From positions 101,023,637 to 101,070,733 of the forward strand of contig NC_057718.1 of NCBI RefSeq assembly GCF_004010195.1: a DNA stretch of 47,097 bases. The letters run 5' to 3'. The position numbers were made by a program, and so were the translations under genes. Source of the stretch: Chiloscyllium plagiosum. Taxonomy: Eukaryota. Positions 24,350 through 35,444 of the stretch are shown here, piece after piece. Positions within the stretch are counted from its first letter, which is position 1; every line of letters begins with the position of its first letter. The notes below the pieces were generated by a model that was given only the letters and a program-made list of their open reading frames with translations, was not told the DNA's origin and did no database searches.

Positions 24350-25892
24350 AATTTCTGGCTGTAACAGGGGCAAAAAGGGGACATAAGATAGCTTTGGCAA
24401 ATAAAATGAAGGAAAGTCCAAAGGGTTTTTACAAATACATTAAGGACATTAGGGTAACTCAGGAGAGAATAGGGCCCCCAAAGATCAGCAAGGCAGCCTT
24501 TGTGTGGAGCCGCAGGAGATGGGACAGATACTAAACGAGTATTTTGCATCAGTATTTACTGTGGAAAAGGACGTGGAAGATGTAGAATGTCGGGAAATAG
24601 ATGGTGACATCTTGCAAAATGTCCATATTACAGAGGAGGAAGTGCTGGATGTCTTGAAACGCATAAAAGTGGATAAATCCCCATGACCTGATCAGGTGTA
24701 TCCTAGAGCTCTGTGGGAAGCTAGGCCTCTTACTGAGATATTTGTGTCATCAATAGTCACAGGTGAGGTGCCAGAAGACTGGAGGTTGGCTAAAGTGGTG
24801 CCACTGTTTAAGAAGGGTGGTAAGGACAAGCCAGGGAGCTATAGACCAGTGAGCCTGAGGTCCGTGGTGGGCAAGTTGTTGGAATGAATCCTGAGGGACA
24901 GGATGCACAGGTATTTGGAAAGGCAAGGACTGATTAGGGATAGTCAACATGGCTTTGTGCGTGGGAAACCATGTCTCACAAACTTGATTGAGTTTTTTGA
25001 AGAAGCAACAAAGAGGATTGATGAGGGCAGAGCAGTAGATGTAATCTATATGGACTTCAGTAAGGCATTCGACAAGGTTCCCCAAGGGAGACTGGTTAGT
25101 AAGGTTAGATCTCACGGAATACAGGGAGAACTAGATGGGGTTTAATTTAGATAAGTGCGAGGTGCTGCATTTTGGGAAAGCAAATCTTAGCAGGACATAT
25201 ACAGTTAATGGTAATATTCTGAGGAATGTTGCTGAACAAAGAGACCTTGGAGTGCAGGTTCATAGCTCCTTGAAAGTGGAGTCGCAGGTAGATAGGATAG
25301 CGAAGTAGACGTTTGGTATGCTTTCCTTTATTGGTCAGAGTATTGAGTACAGGAGTTGGGAGGTAATGTTGCGGCTGTACAGGATATTGCATGCAGTTCT
25401 GGTCTCCTTCCTATCGGAAAGATGTTGTGAAACTGGAAAGGGTTCAGAAAAGATTTACAAGGCTGTTGCCAGGGTTGGAGGATTTGAGCTACAGGGAGAG
25501 GTTGACCTGGCTAGGGCGACCCAGCTAGGGCTATTTTCCCTGAAGCGTCAGAGGCTGAGGGGTGACCCTATAGAGGTTTATAAAATCATGAGGGGCATGG
25601 ATAGGATAAATAGAGAGTGAGAGGGGAAAGATACAAAAGAGACCTAAGGGGCAACTTTTTCACGCAGAGGATGGGGCGTGCATGGAATGATCTGCCAGAG
25701 GATGTGGTGGAAGCCGGTACAATTGCAACATTTAAGAGGCATTTGGATGGGTATATGAATAGGAAGGGTTTGGAGGGATATTGGCCAGGTGCTGGCAAGT
25801 GGGAATAGATTGGGTCGGGATATCTGGTCGGCATGGACGGGTTGGACCGAAGGGTCTGATTCCATGCTGTACATCTCTATGAGTCTATAACT
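24350..25892 (+). mobile_element. CR1 LINE ORF2 (RT) pseudogene with internal deletions and 3' tail
   Basis: GEVPEDWRLAKVVPLFKKGGKDKPGSYRPVSL, QHGFVRGKPCLTNL, VIYMDFSKAFDKVP, and the CR1 C-terminus. Stops and frameshifts are present. Confidence 0.95.
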
Positions 25893-26136
25893 CCGTACAC
25901 TTGTCTCTGGTCCACATCCCTTAATACCTTTTGCTTAACAAAAGTTTATTCACCTCAGGTTTAAAATTGACATGTGACCGCTCGTCAGTTGGTATTTGTA
26001 GAAGAGAGTTCCAAACCTCTACCATCCTTTGTGCATAGCAGTTCTCCCTAATATTTCTCCTGAAGAGTTCAAGAATCCCCAACCAGTATGAATAGTTTAT
26101 CTTCATCTACCATGACTTTATCCTTTAAATTCTTCT

Positions 26137-26240
26137 GTTCTGAAGAAGGGCTACTGGACCCGAAACATTAACTCGGCTTTGTCTGTCCGCAGATGCTGCC
26201 AGAGCTGCTGAGTGTTTCCAGAAATTTCTACTTTGGTCAT
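26137..26240 (+). mobile_element. PLE-derived terminal repeat, hammerhead family C
   Basis: gtt-CTGAAGA-agggctactggaccc-GAAA-ca-TT-aac, with helix I gtt/aac. Confidence 0.7.
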
Positions 26241-26929
26241 AAAAAGAAACAGCTTGTCTGGCCACTCCCATGTTGTGGGAGTTTGTAAAATTGCCTGCTG
26301 TGTTTCCCCTTTGTAGCAGTGACTTGCAAGCATCCCATTAGCTGCACAGCACTTTGAGACGTCGGGTGGTTGTGAAAATGTCATAGTAATGACAGTCGTT
26401 TTTTGAGAATTGTACGATTCTGGGTTCTACAAAACATGACAAGCAGAGTCTTTTAAAAACAAATCAGCAACTTCAGCCTGCATAATGTTGAGTTGGTTTC
26501 TTAGAGCCTGTGGGGACTTCTGGCAGAGAAAGTTGCTTACTGCTGGAAATATTTGATATTCAAGGTTATCTTCAATGTGCTATCTTTTTTCTTTGGATTC
26601 TGGCTTTTAATGGGGTTCTTTAAATATCATGCACATGTTCATGTGTTTGGAGAATTTAGGGAGGGTTTTAGAATCACTGTGATTTTGCTGTTAATACCAT
26701 AAATAGTTTAATAAAATATTGCAAAACACCAGGATAATCAGCAGATGAATGGTGCTACTAATGAGAAAGGAACTGAAATTAAGAAGCACTTCAAGTCAAA
26801 ATATTTGTAGCTCTTTTCTCCCAAGATATGTTGGCAGCTTTTATTTTATACAATTGCTTTTTGATGACTTTCTTCATCCGAATTTGCCACGTCTCCTGTG
26901 AAAATCGCTTCCTGTGTTAATAAGAAGCC

Positions 26930-27765
26930 ACATTTTGCAGATGACACCAAAATTGGTGGCATTGCAGATAGTGAGCACGATTGTCAAAGGTGCAGTGGGG
27001 TATAGATAAATTGCAGATTTGGGCAGAGAAAAGGATCAAGTCCAGGTGTGAATTATGCAATAAATGGCAGAACATTTAGGAACATTGACAGACAAAGGGA
27101 TCTGGGCATACAGGTCCGCAGACCCCCGAAAGTGGCAACACAGGTGGATAAGGTGGTCAATAAGGTATGCAGCACACTGGCCTTCACTGGCTGGGGCATC
27201 CAATATAAAAGTTGGCGATTATATTACAGATAGACAAAACTTTAGTTCGGCCACATTTGGGATATTGTTTGCTGTTCTTGTCGCCGCACGACTAGACTAG
27301 AAGACCTGGAAGTTTTGGAGAGGGTGCAGAGAAGGTTAACCAGCATGTTGCCTGGGCTGGAGGGTTTGAGGAGAGATTAGACAAACTCTGATTGTTTTCG
27401 CTGAAAATTTGAGGCTGAGGACACCGACTAAATTATGAGAGGCGTGGTTAGGGTGGATAGTCAGGCTTTTTCCCAGGGTGGAAAGGTCAACTGCAAGAGG
27501 GCACAGGTTCAAGGTGGGAGGGGAAAGGTTTCGGGGAGAAGCGCAGGAAAATTTTTCCCCTCACTGAGGAAGGTGGGTGCCTGAACCATACTGCCAGTGG
27601 AGGTGGTGGAAGCAACCTTTAAGGAGTATCTTGACAGACTCACGGAGGCGAACAGAGGGATAGAAACTGTGCATGGGCAATGAGTGGCAGGTCTAAGTAA
27701 GGAGTAGGAATCGACACGGGCTTGGCAGATCAAAGAGCCTGTTCCTGTGCTGTGTTGTATATTGT
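26930..27765 (+). mobile_element. Decayed CR1 ORF2 3' fragment
   Basis: FADDTKIGGI...RDLGIQV...LERVQRRLTSMLPGL. Confidence 0.85.
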
Positions 27766-27860
27766 ATTATCTCCTTACAGATGCACCACTTTGGTAAAAT
27801 GTATTGTATTTTAATAAGTTCAGAAAATAGCTTTGGTTAAGTAGCAGTAACATTAGGATT

Positions 27861-27943
27861 TAGATTAGAGTGGTGCTGGAAAAGCACAGCAGTTCAGGCA
27901 GCATCCTCAAAATCAACATTTTGGGCAAAAGCCCTTCATCAGG
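27861..27943 (-). mobile_element. Solo tail-less PLE family A arm
   Basis: Exact TSD acattaggatt (27850-27860 / 27944-27954). Ends at the reverse complement of CTGATGA. Confidence 0.8.
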
Positions 27944-28084
27944 ACATTAGGATTGCTTGGTTATCACCGTGCACGGGTTCATCAGCTATTGTAATAATGC
28001 TGTAAATCTACCTACAGAGCACTGCTATTTGCCATAGAGTGCGTGCAATAAAGGTTCACCCTTACTAATTCTGAGGATGGAAGA

Positions 28085-28800
28085 GGGGAGATGAAGTGAA
28101 AGATCTTGGTGTGCAAGTGAACAGATCCTTAAAGGCAGAAATGTGGGTCGGTAAAGTTATACAGAAGGCACACGGAATGCTGTCCTTCATTGGCTGAGGT
28201 ATAGAATACAATAGTAGGGATATAATGATGAACCTATACAGGTCACTTGTGAGGCCACACCTGCAGTACTATGTGCATTTCTGATCACCACATTACAGGA
28301 AGGACATAATTGCTCAGGAGAGAGTGCAGAGAAGTTTCACTAGAATGTTGTCAGGGCTGGAGAATCGGAGCTATGAGGAGGGATTGGAGAGGTTTGGGTT
28401 GTTTTCCTTGGCGCAGAGAAGGCTGAGGGGTGACATAACTGAGGTGTACAAAATTGTGAGGGATCGAGATAGAGTAGACAGGGCAAACCCGTTTCCCTTG
28501 GCAGAGAGTTCAAAAGCCAGGGGTCACACATCCAAGCTAAGTGACAGAAGGATTAGAGGGGGATGTGAAGGAAGACATTTTTATGCAGAGGGTGGTGGGT
28601 GTCTGGAATTCGCTGCCTGAGTTGATGATGGAGGTAGAGACCCTAAACCCTTTTTAAAAGTACTTGGATCTGTACCTTCAGTGCTGTAAACTGCAGGGCT
28701 ATGAGCCGTGTGCAGGAAGATGGGATTAGGAAGGGCATCTGTGTGTCTTTGGGTCAACATGGACAAAATGGGCCGATAGTCCCCTTCTCTACTTTATCAT
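28085..28800 (+). mobile_element. Decayed CR1 ORF2 3' fragment
   Basis: VQRSFTRMLSGLENRSYEEGLERFGLFSLAQRRLRGDITEVYKIV. Confidence 0.85.
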
Positions 28801-28814
28801 TCTGGTGATTCATT

Positions 28815-29035
28815 GGATTGTCCTGTGAGGAAAGGTTATATAGGCATTCTCTTGAGTTTAGGAGAATAAGGGGTGATCTCAATAAAACATACAGAATTCT
28901 TACAGGGTTCAATTGGAAAGATGCAAGAAGGGGGTTTCCCCTTGCTGGTGAGTGAGAACCAGGGGCACAGCCCAACAATAAGCGGCAGGCCATTTAGGAA
29001 TGAGATGAGAAGGAATTTCTTCTCTTTTAATTCAC
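28815..29035 (+). mobile_element. CR1 3' fragment running into a tandem repeat
   Basis: GRPFRNEMRRNFFS.NSL. Confidence 0.7.
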
Positions 29036-29210
29036 TGTCCCAGAGCAGAGCAGGTAGGGGTCAGGCTGGAGGTGAATCTCTGTCCCAGGGCAGAGCAGGT
29101 TGGGGGTCGGGCTGGAGGTGAATCTCTGTCCCAGGGCAGAGCAGATAGGGGTCGGGCTGGAGATGAATCTCTGTCCCAGGGCAGAGCAGGTTGGGGGTCG
29201 GGCTGGAGGT
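29035..29210 (+). repeat. Tandem repeat, 4 x 45-46 bp, G-rich
   Basis: ctgtcccagggcagagcaggttgggggtcgggctggaggtgaatct starting at 29035, 29080, 29126 and 29171. Confidence 0.95.
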
Positions 29211-29336
29211 GCCTGAGGGGAGGTTTAATTACTGAGTAATTTGGAGGTTGAGTTTGATAGATTTTTATATCTTAAAAACATCAAGGGGCGCAATGTGTTG
29301 TGCACCATTCCCTTTGCAGTTCACTAGATCAGTCTA

Positions 29337-29477
29337 CTACCACTTGTATCTATACACACGGACAGTGAAGGACAACAATTCGACTGGGACAATATATCCA
29401 TCCTATGGCAAGCCAAACAGAGACATGCACAGGAATTCCTAGAGGCCTGGCATTCAACCCGGAACTCCATTAATAAA
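29337..29477 (+). pseudogene. Penelope-like GIY-YIG endonuclease C-terminal remnant (second PLE lineage)
   Basis: Stop-free frame LPLVSIHTDSEGQQFDWDNISILWQAKQRHAQEFLEAWHSTRNSINK matches the 'H.FDW.N..IL......R..LEAW......IN' motif. Confidence 0.75.
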
Positions 29478-29785
29478 TGGTGGTATGGTGGCTCAGTGGT
29501 TAGCACTGCTGCCTCACAGCGCCAGGGACCTGGGTTCGATTCCAGCCTTGGTTGACTGTCTGAGTTTGCACATTCTCCCCGTGTCTGCGTGAGTTTCCTC
29601 CCACACTCCAAAAGATGTGTAGGTCAGGTGAGTTAGCCATGCTAAATTGCCCCATAGTGTTAGCTGCATTAGTCAGGGGCAAATGTAGGGAAATGAGTCT
29701 GGGTGAGTTACTTTTTGGAGGGTCGGTGTGGACTTGTTGGGCCAAAGGGCCTGTTTCCACACTGTAGGGAATCTAATCTAATCTA
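29478..29785 (+). mobile_element. HE1/V-SINE, full length
   Basis: tRNA head, V-domain and (AATCT)n tail. Confidence 0.9.
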
Positions 29786-29869
29786 TAAAAAGCAAACATG
29801 TACAGTTAGACCCATATGCCAACCACTAAGAAACATCCACCCAATCTCCTCTCAGTTGGCTTCTCCTGA

Positions 29870-29960
29870 AGGAGAAAGTGAGGACTGCAGATGCTGGAGA
29901 TCAGAGTTGAGAGTATGGTGCTGGGAAAGCACAGCAGGTCAGGCAGCATCTAGGGAGAAC
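29870..29960 (-). mobile_element. PLE family A terminal-repeat fragment with tail
   Basis: ggagaaagtgaggactgcagatgctggagatcagag...gcacagcaggtcaggcagcatc. Confidence 0.75.
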
Positions 29961-30361
29961 AGTCCCAACTAATGTCATTTAGGGAAGGAAACCTACCATC
30001 CTTATCCGGTCTGGCTTCCACATGACTCCAATTTGGTTGACTATTAGTTGCCCTCTGAAATGGCTGAGGAAGCCACACAGTTCAATAGGACTTAGGGACA
30101 GATGTAGCGCATGCATCCCACGAAAGAATGGAGATGAAACACCTCTTTCCCAATCACACCAATTGAAGACTCAATTAACTGTGGCTGCAGGCATAGGAAA
30201 CATTGGGCAGTAGCATAAGGGTACGACCCAATCCAAGGCGTCCTAAGGTATAGTAGTGGTGTCCCTACCTCTGGGCTAGAAGGTCCACAGAGATGGAGGG
30301 TTCAAGTCCTACCCTCAGACAGAGAGGGTTCAGAAAAGATTTACCAGGATGTTGCTGGGTA

Positions 30362-30678
30362 TTAGATTGGATTGGATTACTTACAGTGTGGAAACAGGCC
30401 CTTCGGCCCAACAAGTCCACACCGCCCCGCCGAAGCGCAACCCACCCATACCCCTGCATTTACCCCTTACCTAACGCTACAGGCAATTTAGCGTGGCCAA
30501 TTTACCTGACCTGCACATCTTTGGACTGAGGGAGGAAACCGGAGCACCCGGAGGAAACCCACGCAGACACGGGGAGAACGTGCAAACTCCACACAGTCAG
30601 TAGCCTGAGGCGGGAATTGAACCCGGGTCTCTGGCGCTGTGAGGCAGCAGTGCTAACCACTGTGCTACCGTGCCGCCC
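30362..30678 (-). mobile_element. HE1/V-SINE, full length, CpG-rich (young)
   Basis: Reverse-complement head gggcggcacggtagcacagtggttagcactgctgcctcacagcgccagagacccgggttcaattccc. Confidence 0.92.
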
Positions 30679-30804
30679 ACTTTTTTTTTGTGCTTTTCCA
30701 GCACCACACCTTTTGACTCCCACACTAAATCCAAGTTCGACCCCATTCCCCCCTCCCCCACCTTGCTATGTAAACTGTAAAGTTTTCAGGCTGTTCTTGA
30801 ATCC

Positions 30805-31260
30805 CTGAGGTATGGAGGGCTTGAGTTATAAGGAGAGGCCAGATAGGCTGGGACTTTTTTCACTGGAGCATAGGAGGCTGAGGGGTGACCTTGCAGAGAT
30901 TTATAAAACATGAGGGGTATAGATAAGGTAAATGGCAGGTGTCTTTTCCCTCTGGTGGGGGATTTTAACTTTAGGGAGCATACTTTTAAGGAGGGAGGAG
31001 AAAGATTATAAAAAAACCCATGAGGTGCCATGTTTTTACAGAGGGTGGTTTGTGTATGGAATGGACTTTGAGGAAATGGTAGATTTGAGTACAGTTATAA
31101 TGTTTAAAACACATTTGGATGGACACGTTATTAGGAAAGGTTTGGAGGGATATGGGCGAGGAGCAGGCAGGTGGGACTAGTTTCGTTTGGGATTATGGTC
31201 AGCATGGACTGGTTGGACCGAAGGATCGGTTTCTGAGCTGTATAACTCTGTGACTCTATG
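30805..31260 (+). mobile_element. CR1 LINE 3' fragment
   Basis: CR1 C-terminal motifs and the 'ataactctgtgactctat' tail. Confidence 0.85.
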
Positions 31261-31669
31261 TGTTGGCTGTGGAGGTGTGTTCAAGCTGGTCGATTATAAA
31301 TAAAAACAATGGACCCCCAGCTTGGCTGAAATTTGGCCACACTTCATGGCATGTTGGATGTACATGACAACTGAAAAGCATTCAAACAAGTCTTGCTTGA
31401 CAAATTTATAATGCTGCAAGGTAAATAATCAGCGTGGGGTCCACACCTATATTTGATTAACATGGATTTATAAAGTAAAGTTGCTGTTTTGTGAGAAGTG
31501 AAGAGCTGTTAATTACACCAAAGCATTTGATGGCTCTAAATATGATGACAATCTTTATCTTCCTTCTTGAATAATTACTGTCATTGTTACGTTTGGTTTG
31601 CATCACTTAACATTTTGCTTCCTTTGTTAGATTATACCGTGAGACTAAATTATACACATTGAAAAGATC

Positions 31670-32060
31670 GTGGTGTCAGTCATGCATCACCTGCCTCTGA
31701 GTCACAAATCCTGGGTTCACGTCTCACTCCAGGACTTCAGTACAGACATCTAGCCTGACCTTCCACAGCAGTACTGAGGGTGTGCTGCGCTATACTGTCG
31801 CACAGAGTTCGGTTTTCACATGAGACGATAAACCAACACTCCAGGTGTCTCCTCAGGTGGATCTAACACATGCTATGGCAATATTTAAAAGAGGAACATC
31901 ATTTTTCAAAAAAAATACAGAATACCTAGACATTACCAGAGTGCAGTTTGTGGAAGTCTGCTGTGTACACATTGGCTGCTTCACTTTCTATGTTGCAACA
32001 ATGTTTACCTTTCCAGAGTGCTTCATTGGCTATGAGGTCTTTTCTGAAACTAATGGTCAT
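31670..32060 (+). mobile_element. DeuSINE-like element (SacSINE/AmnSINE related)
   Basis: tRNA-like head, 'gcagtactgagggtgtgctgc...atgagacgataaacc...tctcctcaggtggatct', and a 3' part 'cacattggctgct...tcattggctatgagg'. Confidence 0.65.
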
Positions 32061-32149
32061 CAAAAGCACTGGGCTGGAAACATTAACTCTGTTTCTCTCC
32101 ACAGATGTCACCAGGACTTGCTGAGTTTCTCCTGTTTTTGCTGGACATA

Positions 32150-32692
32150 AATACGAGTCAACTGCGTAAAGCTTTGGTCTCCTCACTTGAGAACGGATAT
32201 ACTGACCCTGGAGGGAGTGCAGAGGAGGTTCACTAGTTTGATTCCAGAGTTGAGAGGGTTGGCTTATGAGGAGAGACTGAGTAGACTGGGATTATACTGA
32301 TTGGAATTTAGAAGAATGAGGGGGGATCTTGTAGAAAGTTGTGAAGGGAATGGATTAGATAGAAGTAGAGAGATTGTCTCCAGTGGCATAGCCTCAAAAT
32401 AAGAGGGTAGCAGATTTCGGACTGAGCTGAGGAGGATCTTCTTCACCCAGAGGGTTGTGAATCTGTGGAATTCCCTGCTCAGGGAAGCAGTTGAGGTGAC
32501 CTCATTGAATGTTTTTAAGGCAAAGGTAGATAGATGTTTGAACAGAAAAGGAATTAAGGGTTATGGTGAGCGGGCGGGTAAGTGGAACCGAAGTCCACAA
32601 AAAGATCAGCCATGATCTTATTGAATGGTGGAGCAGGCTCGAAGGGCCAGACGGCCGACTCCTGCTCCTGTTTTTTAAGTTCTTATGTTATT
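32150..32692 (+). mobile_element. CR1 LINE 3' fragment
   Basis: LEGVQRRFTSLIPELRGLAYEERLSRLGLY..EFRRMRGDL followed by the tail. Confidence 0.85.
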
Positions 32693-32766
32693 GTCTTGTG
32701 ACAGAGGCAGATTCCATTATATTTTGTAAGTGCCAAATTTTTACAATTTGAATTGAGTGGAACAGT

Positions 32767-32975
32767 AGAGTCAAGAATATGGTGCTGGAAAAGCACAGCA
32801 AGTCAGGCAGCATCCGAGAAGCAGGAAAATAGACATTTTGGGCAAAAGCCCTTCATCAGTCATGAGTTCATTCCTGATGAAGGGCTTTTGCCCGAAACAT
32901 TGGTTTTCCTGCTCCTCGGATGCAGCACCACACTCTTGACTCTAATCCCCAATATCTGCAGTCCTCACTTTCACC
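32767..32975. mobile_element. Palindromic PLE-derived element, hammerhead family A
   Basis: Exact TSD tgagtggaacagt (32754-66 / 32976-88). ttc-CTGATGA-a-GGGC-tttt-GCCC-GAAA-ca-TT at ~32871-32901. Confidence 0.85.
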
Positions 32976-33479
32976 TGAGTGGAACAGTCATCATTTCTTT
33001 TAAAGATTTTCAGTTTGCAGTGTCTGTTCCCAACATATTCAAGATGGTGCGAAGAGTCATCTGTAAATGCATTAACAATGTGTGTGCCTGTGTTTCCCTC
33101 AGTATGCTTGCTGCTGCAAATATACACTGGAGTTGTGAGCTCTCTGTCAAACTGCAGTGCATCTGTTTGCTGCTGCTTTACAATTTAGATGCAGCCCTTC
33201 ATAGAGGGACAGGTTTACATTAGCGCTATTCCACTATGATTGCTGTCCATTCCCTAAATCAGCGTGCATCTGACATGAAGATATCCCCGTTTGCATCTAT
33301 GATTTTCTTCCCCACCCTAAACCAACTCCTATTCCTCTGTTATTTGTGCTGCCACCCATTTTCTAGCAGAGTCTGACTTTACTTTAGTGGTCATCCCATG
33401 GCAGCTATAAAGTCCTCAAGCAGGAGCTGAGTTCCTCGGTATACAATAACCAGAGGTAGAAAACTTCTGCTATCCACTA

Positions 33480-34012
33480 ATGAGATTTGGGCTTCCTGGC
33501 TGGACCAGCTTTTATTGCCTGTCCCTAGTTGCCCCTTGAGAAGGTGGGGGTGAGCTGCCTTCTTGAACCACTGCAGTCCACCTGCTGTAGGTAGACCCAC
33601 AATGCCCTTAGGGAGGGAATTCCAAGATTTTCACCCAGTGACAGTGAAGGGACAGTGATGTATTTCCGAGTCAGGGTAGGGAGAGACTTGGAGGGATACT
33701 TGCAAGGCTTGGTGTTCCCATGTATCTGCTGCCCTTGTAGATGGATGTGTTTGTGGGTTTGGAAGGTGTTGTCTGAGAACTTTTGGTGAATTTCTACAGT
33801 GCATCTTCTAGATATTCTGCTGCTGCTGAGCAGTGGTGGTAGCAGGAATGGATGCTTGTGGATGAGTTAACAATCAAGTGGGCTGTTTTATTCTGCTTGA
33901 TCTTGAGTGCTGTTAGAGCTGCACCCATTCCGGCAAGTGGGGAGTATTCCAAGACATTCCTGACTTGTGCCTTTCAGATAGTGGTCAAGCTTTCGGGAGT
34001 CAGGAGATGAGT
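33480..34012 (-). mobile_element. CR1/L2-group LINE 3' end
   Basis: Minus-strand C-terminus ..WNSLP..GLQWFKKAAHPHLLKG followed by a 3' UTR. Confidence 0.7.
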
Positions 34013-34102
34013 TATTCTGTGTGTGTGTGTGTGAGTGAGAGAGAGAGAGATAGGAAGGTAAGGGTGGATGGAATGGACCTTAATGATCACTTGAAGACTA
34101 TT

Positions 34103-34340
34103 ACAAACACAGGGCATGCTGAAGAAATTCAGCAGGTCAGGCATCATCTGTGGAGGGAGAAACAGTTAACTTTTTGCATCTAATATGACTCTTGTTCAGA
34201 ACTGTTCTAAACAAACAAACCTACCGTGCTACAGAGTTCTGAGAAAGAGTCAGACTGGTTTGGAAACAGCCAGGCCTGCTGGGTTTCTCCAGTGTTCTCT
34301 GTGCTTATTTCAGATTTCCAGCATCTGTGTATTTGCCTTT
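34103..34340. mobile_element. Older palindromic PLE-derived element (family C-like)
   Basis: TSD acttgaagactatt (34089-34102) / acttgaggactatt (34341-34354). Two opposed decayed gttCTGA..AagagtC motifs. Confidence 0.7.
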
Positions 34341-34443
34341 ACTTGAGGACTATTCCTGTGCCCAAAATTATTTGAGAGTCAATCGAACCCACCCTTCAGC
34401 TGTTCTCATTTAGATGACTCAAAGATGACATTATTAGAAACCT

Positions 34444-34538
34444 TGGTCAAAAAGTGTGTTGCTGGAAAAGCACAGCAGGTCAGGCAGTATCCGAGGAGCA
34501 GGAGAGTCGACGTTTCAGGCATAAGCTCTTCATCAGGA
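34444..34538 (-). mobile_element. Solo tail-less PLE family A arm with hammerhead
   Basis: Exact TSD attattagaaacct (34430-43 / 34539-52). Minus-strand ttc-CTGATGA-a-gagc-ttat-gcct-GAAA-cg-TC-gac. Confidence 0.85.
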
Positions 34539-35241
34539 ATTATTAGAAACCTGTCTCATGCTCAAGAATTCTGTGACATCTCAAAGTCTGTTTCTGCCAG
34601 TTTCTGCAGAATGAGAGTGTCAGACTGTTAGGAATTTGAAGAAAAGGGTTGATATTTGTAAAAATGCCAATATAATTGATTTAAAATAAACCCCAGCATG
34701 TTAAAAAATAATGCTGAATTGTTGGCTTTTGTTCTGAAAAACTGTAAATTGCAAATTATATCAAAGCATTTCATGCGTTTAGTCTTCAAATGGCCCATAA
34801 TAGTTCACATTTTATATATTGGTATCTCATCTGACTTTTCACCAATCCAAGTGAGACAGTTTAATGTTAAATGTTATTTAACTAACATCTAGTGTACCAG
34901 GATTGCCGTTATGAATCTGAACGGTCTCAATTGGCATCATTCCGCTAATTCCAATTGATTTGCAAGTCATTGAGTTTCTGTGTTAAGTTCCCCACATTTT
35001 GCACATATGCTTCCTCACTGGGGTTCTGCTTATACAAGAACATGGTTTTTAAGGAGCGGAAATGATTGTGTTTCCATAATCTTGGAGTATTTTATATTTT
35101 GCATACTTATCTGCAGGTGAACCCTGCACAGTACAAAATGCCAGATGATTACATACCTCTGTACCAATGGTGTTTAGAAGATTAATGCTGATTGATGCCA
35201 GTTGGGATTAAAGGAGGGGATATTGGTACACCAGACATTCT

Positions 35242-35444
35242 TGAAACTTTATTGCTGGAACAGCACAGCAGGTCAGGCAGCATCCAGGGAACAGGAGATT
35301 CGACGTTTCGGGCACAGGCCCTTCTAAGGGCCTGTGCCCGAAACGTCGAATCTCCTGTTCCCTGGATGCTGCCTGACCTGCTGTGCTGTTCCAGCAATAA
35401 AGTTTCAACTTTGATCTCCAGCATCTGCAGACCTCACTTTCTCC
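35242..35444. mobile_element. Young, perfectly palindromic PLE-derived element (family A variant)
   Basis: 82-bp arms (35242-35323 / 35326-35407) with a 2-nt spacer, a 37-nt tail, and an exact TSD acaccagacattct (35228-41 / 35445-58). Confidence 0.92.

Noticed and set aside
35118..35184. Candidate terminal exon VNPAQYKMPDDYIPLYQWCLED*
   Set aside because: The acceptor is plausible, but I recognise no homology and there are no supporting exons.
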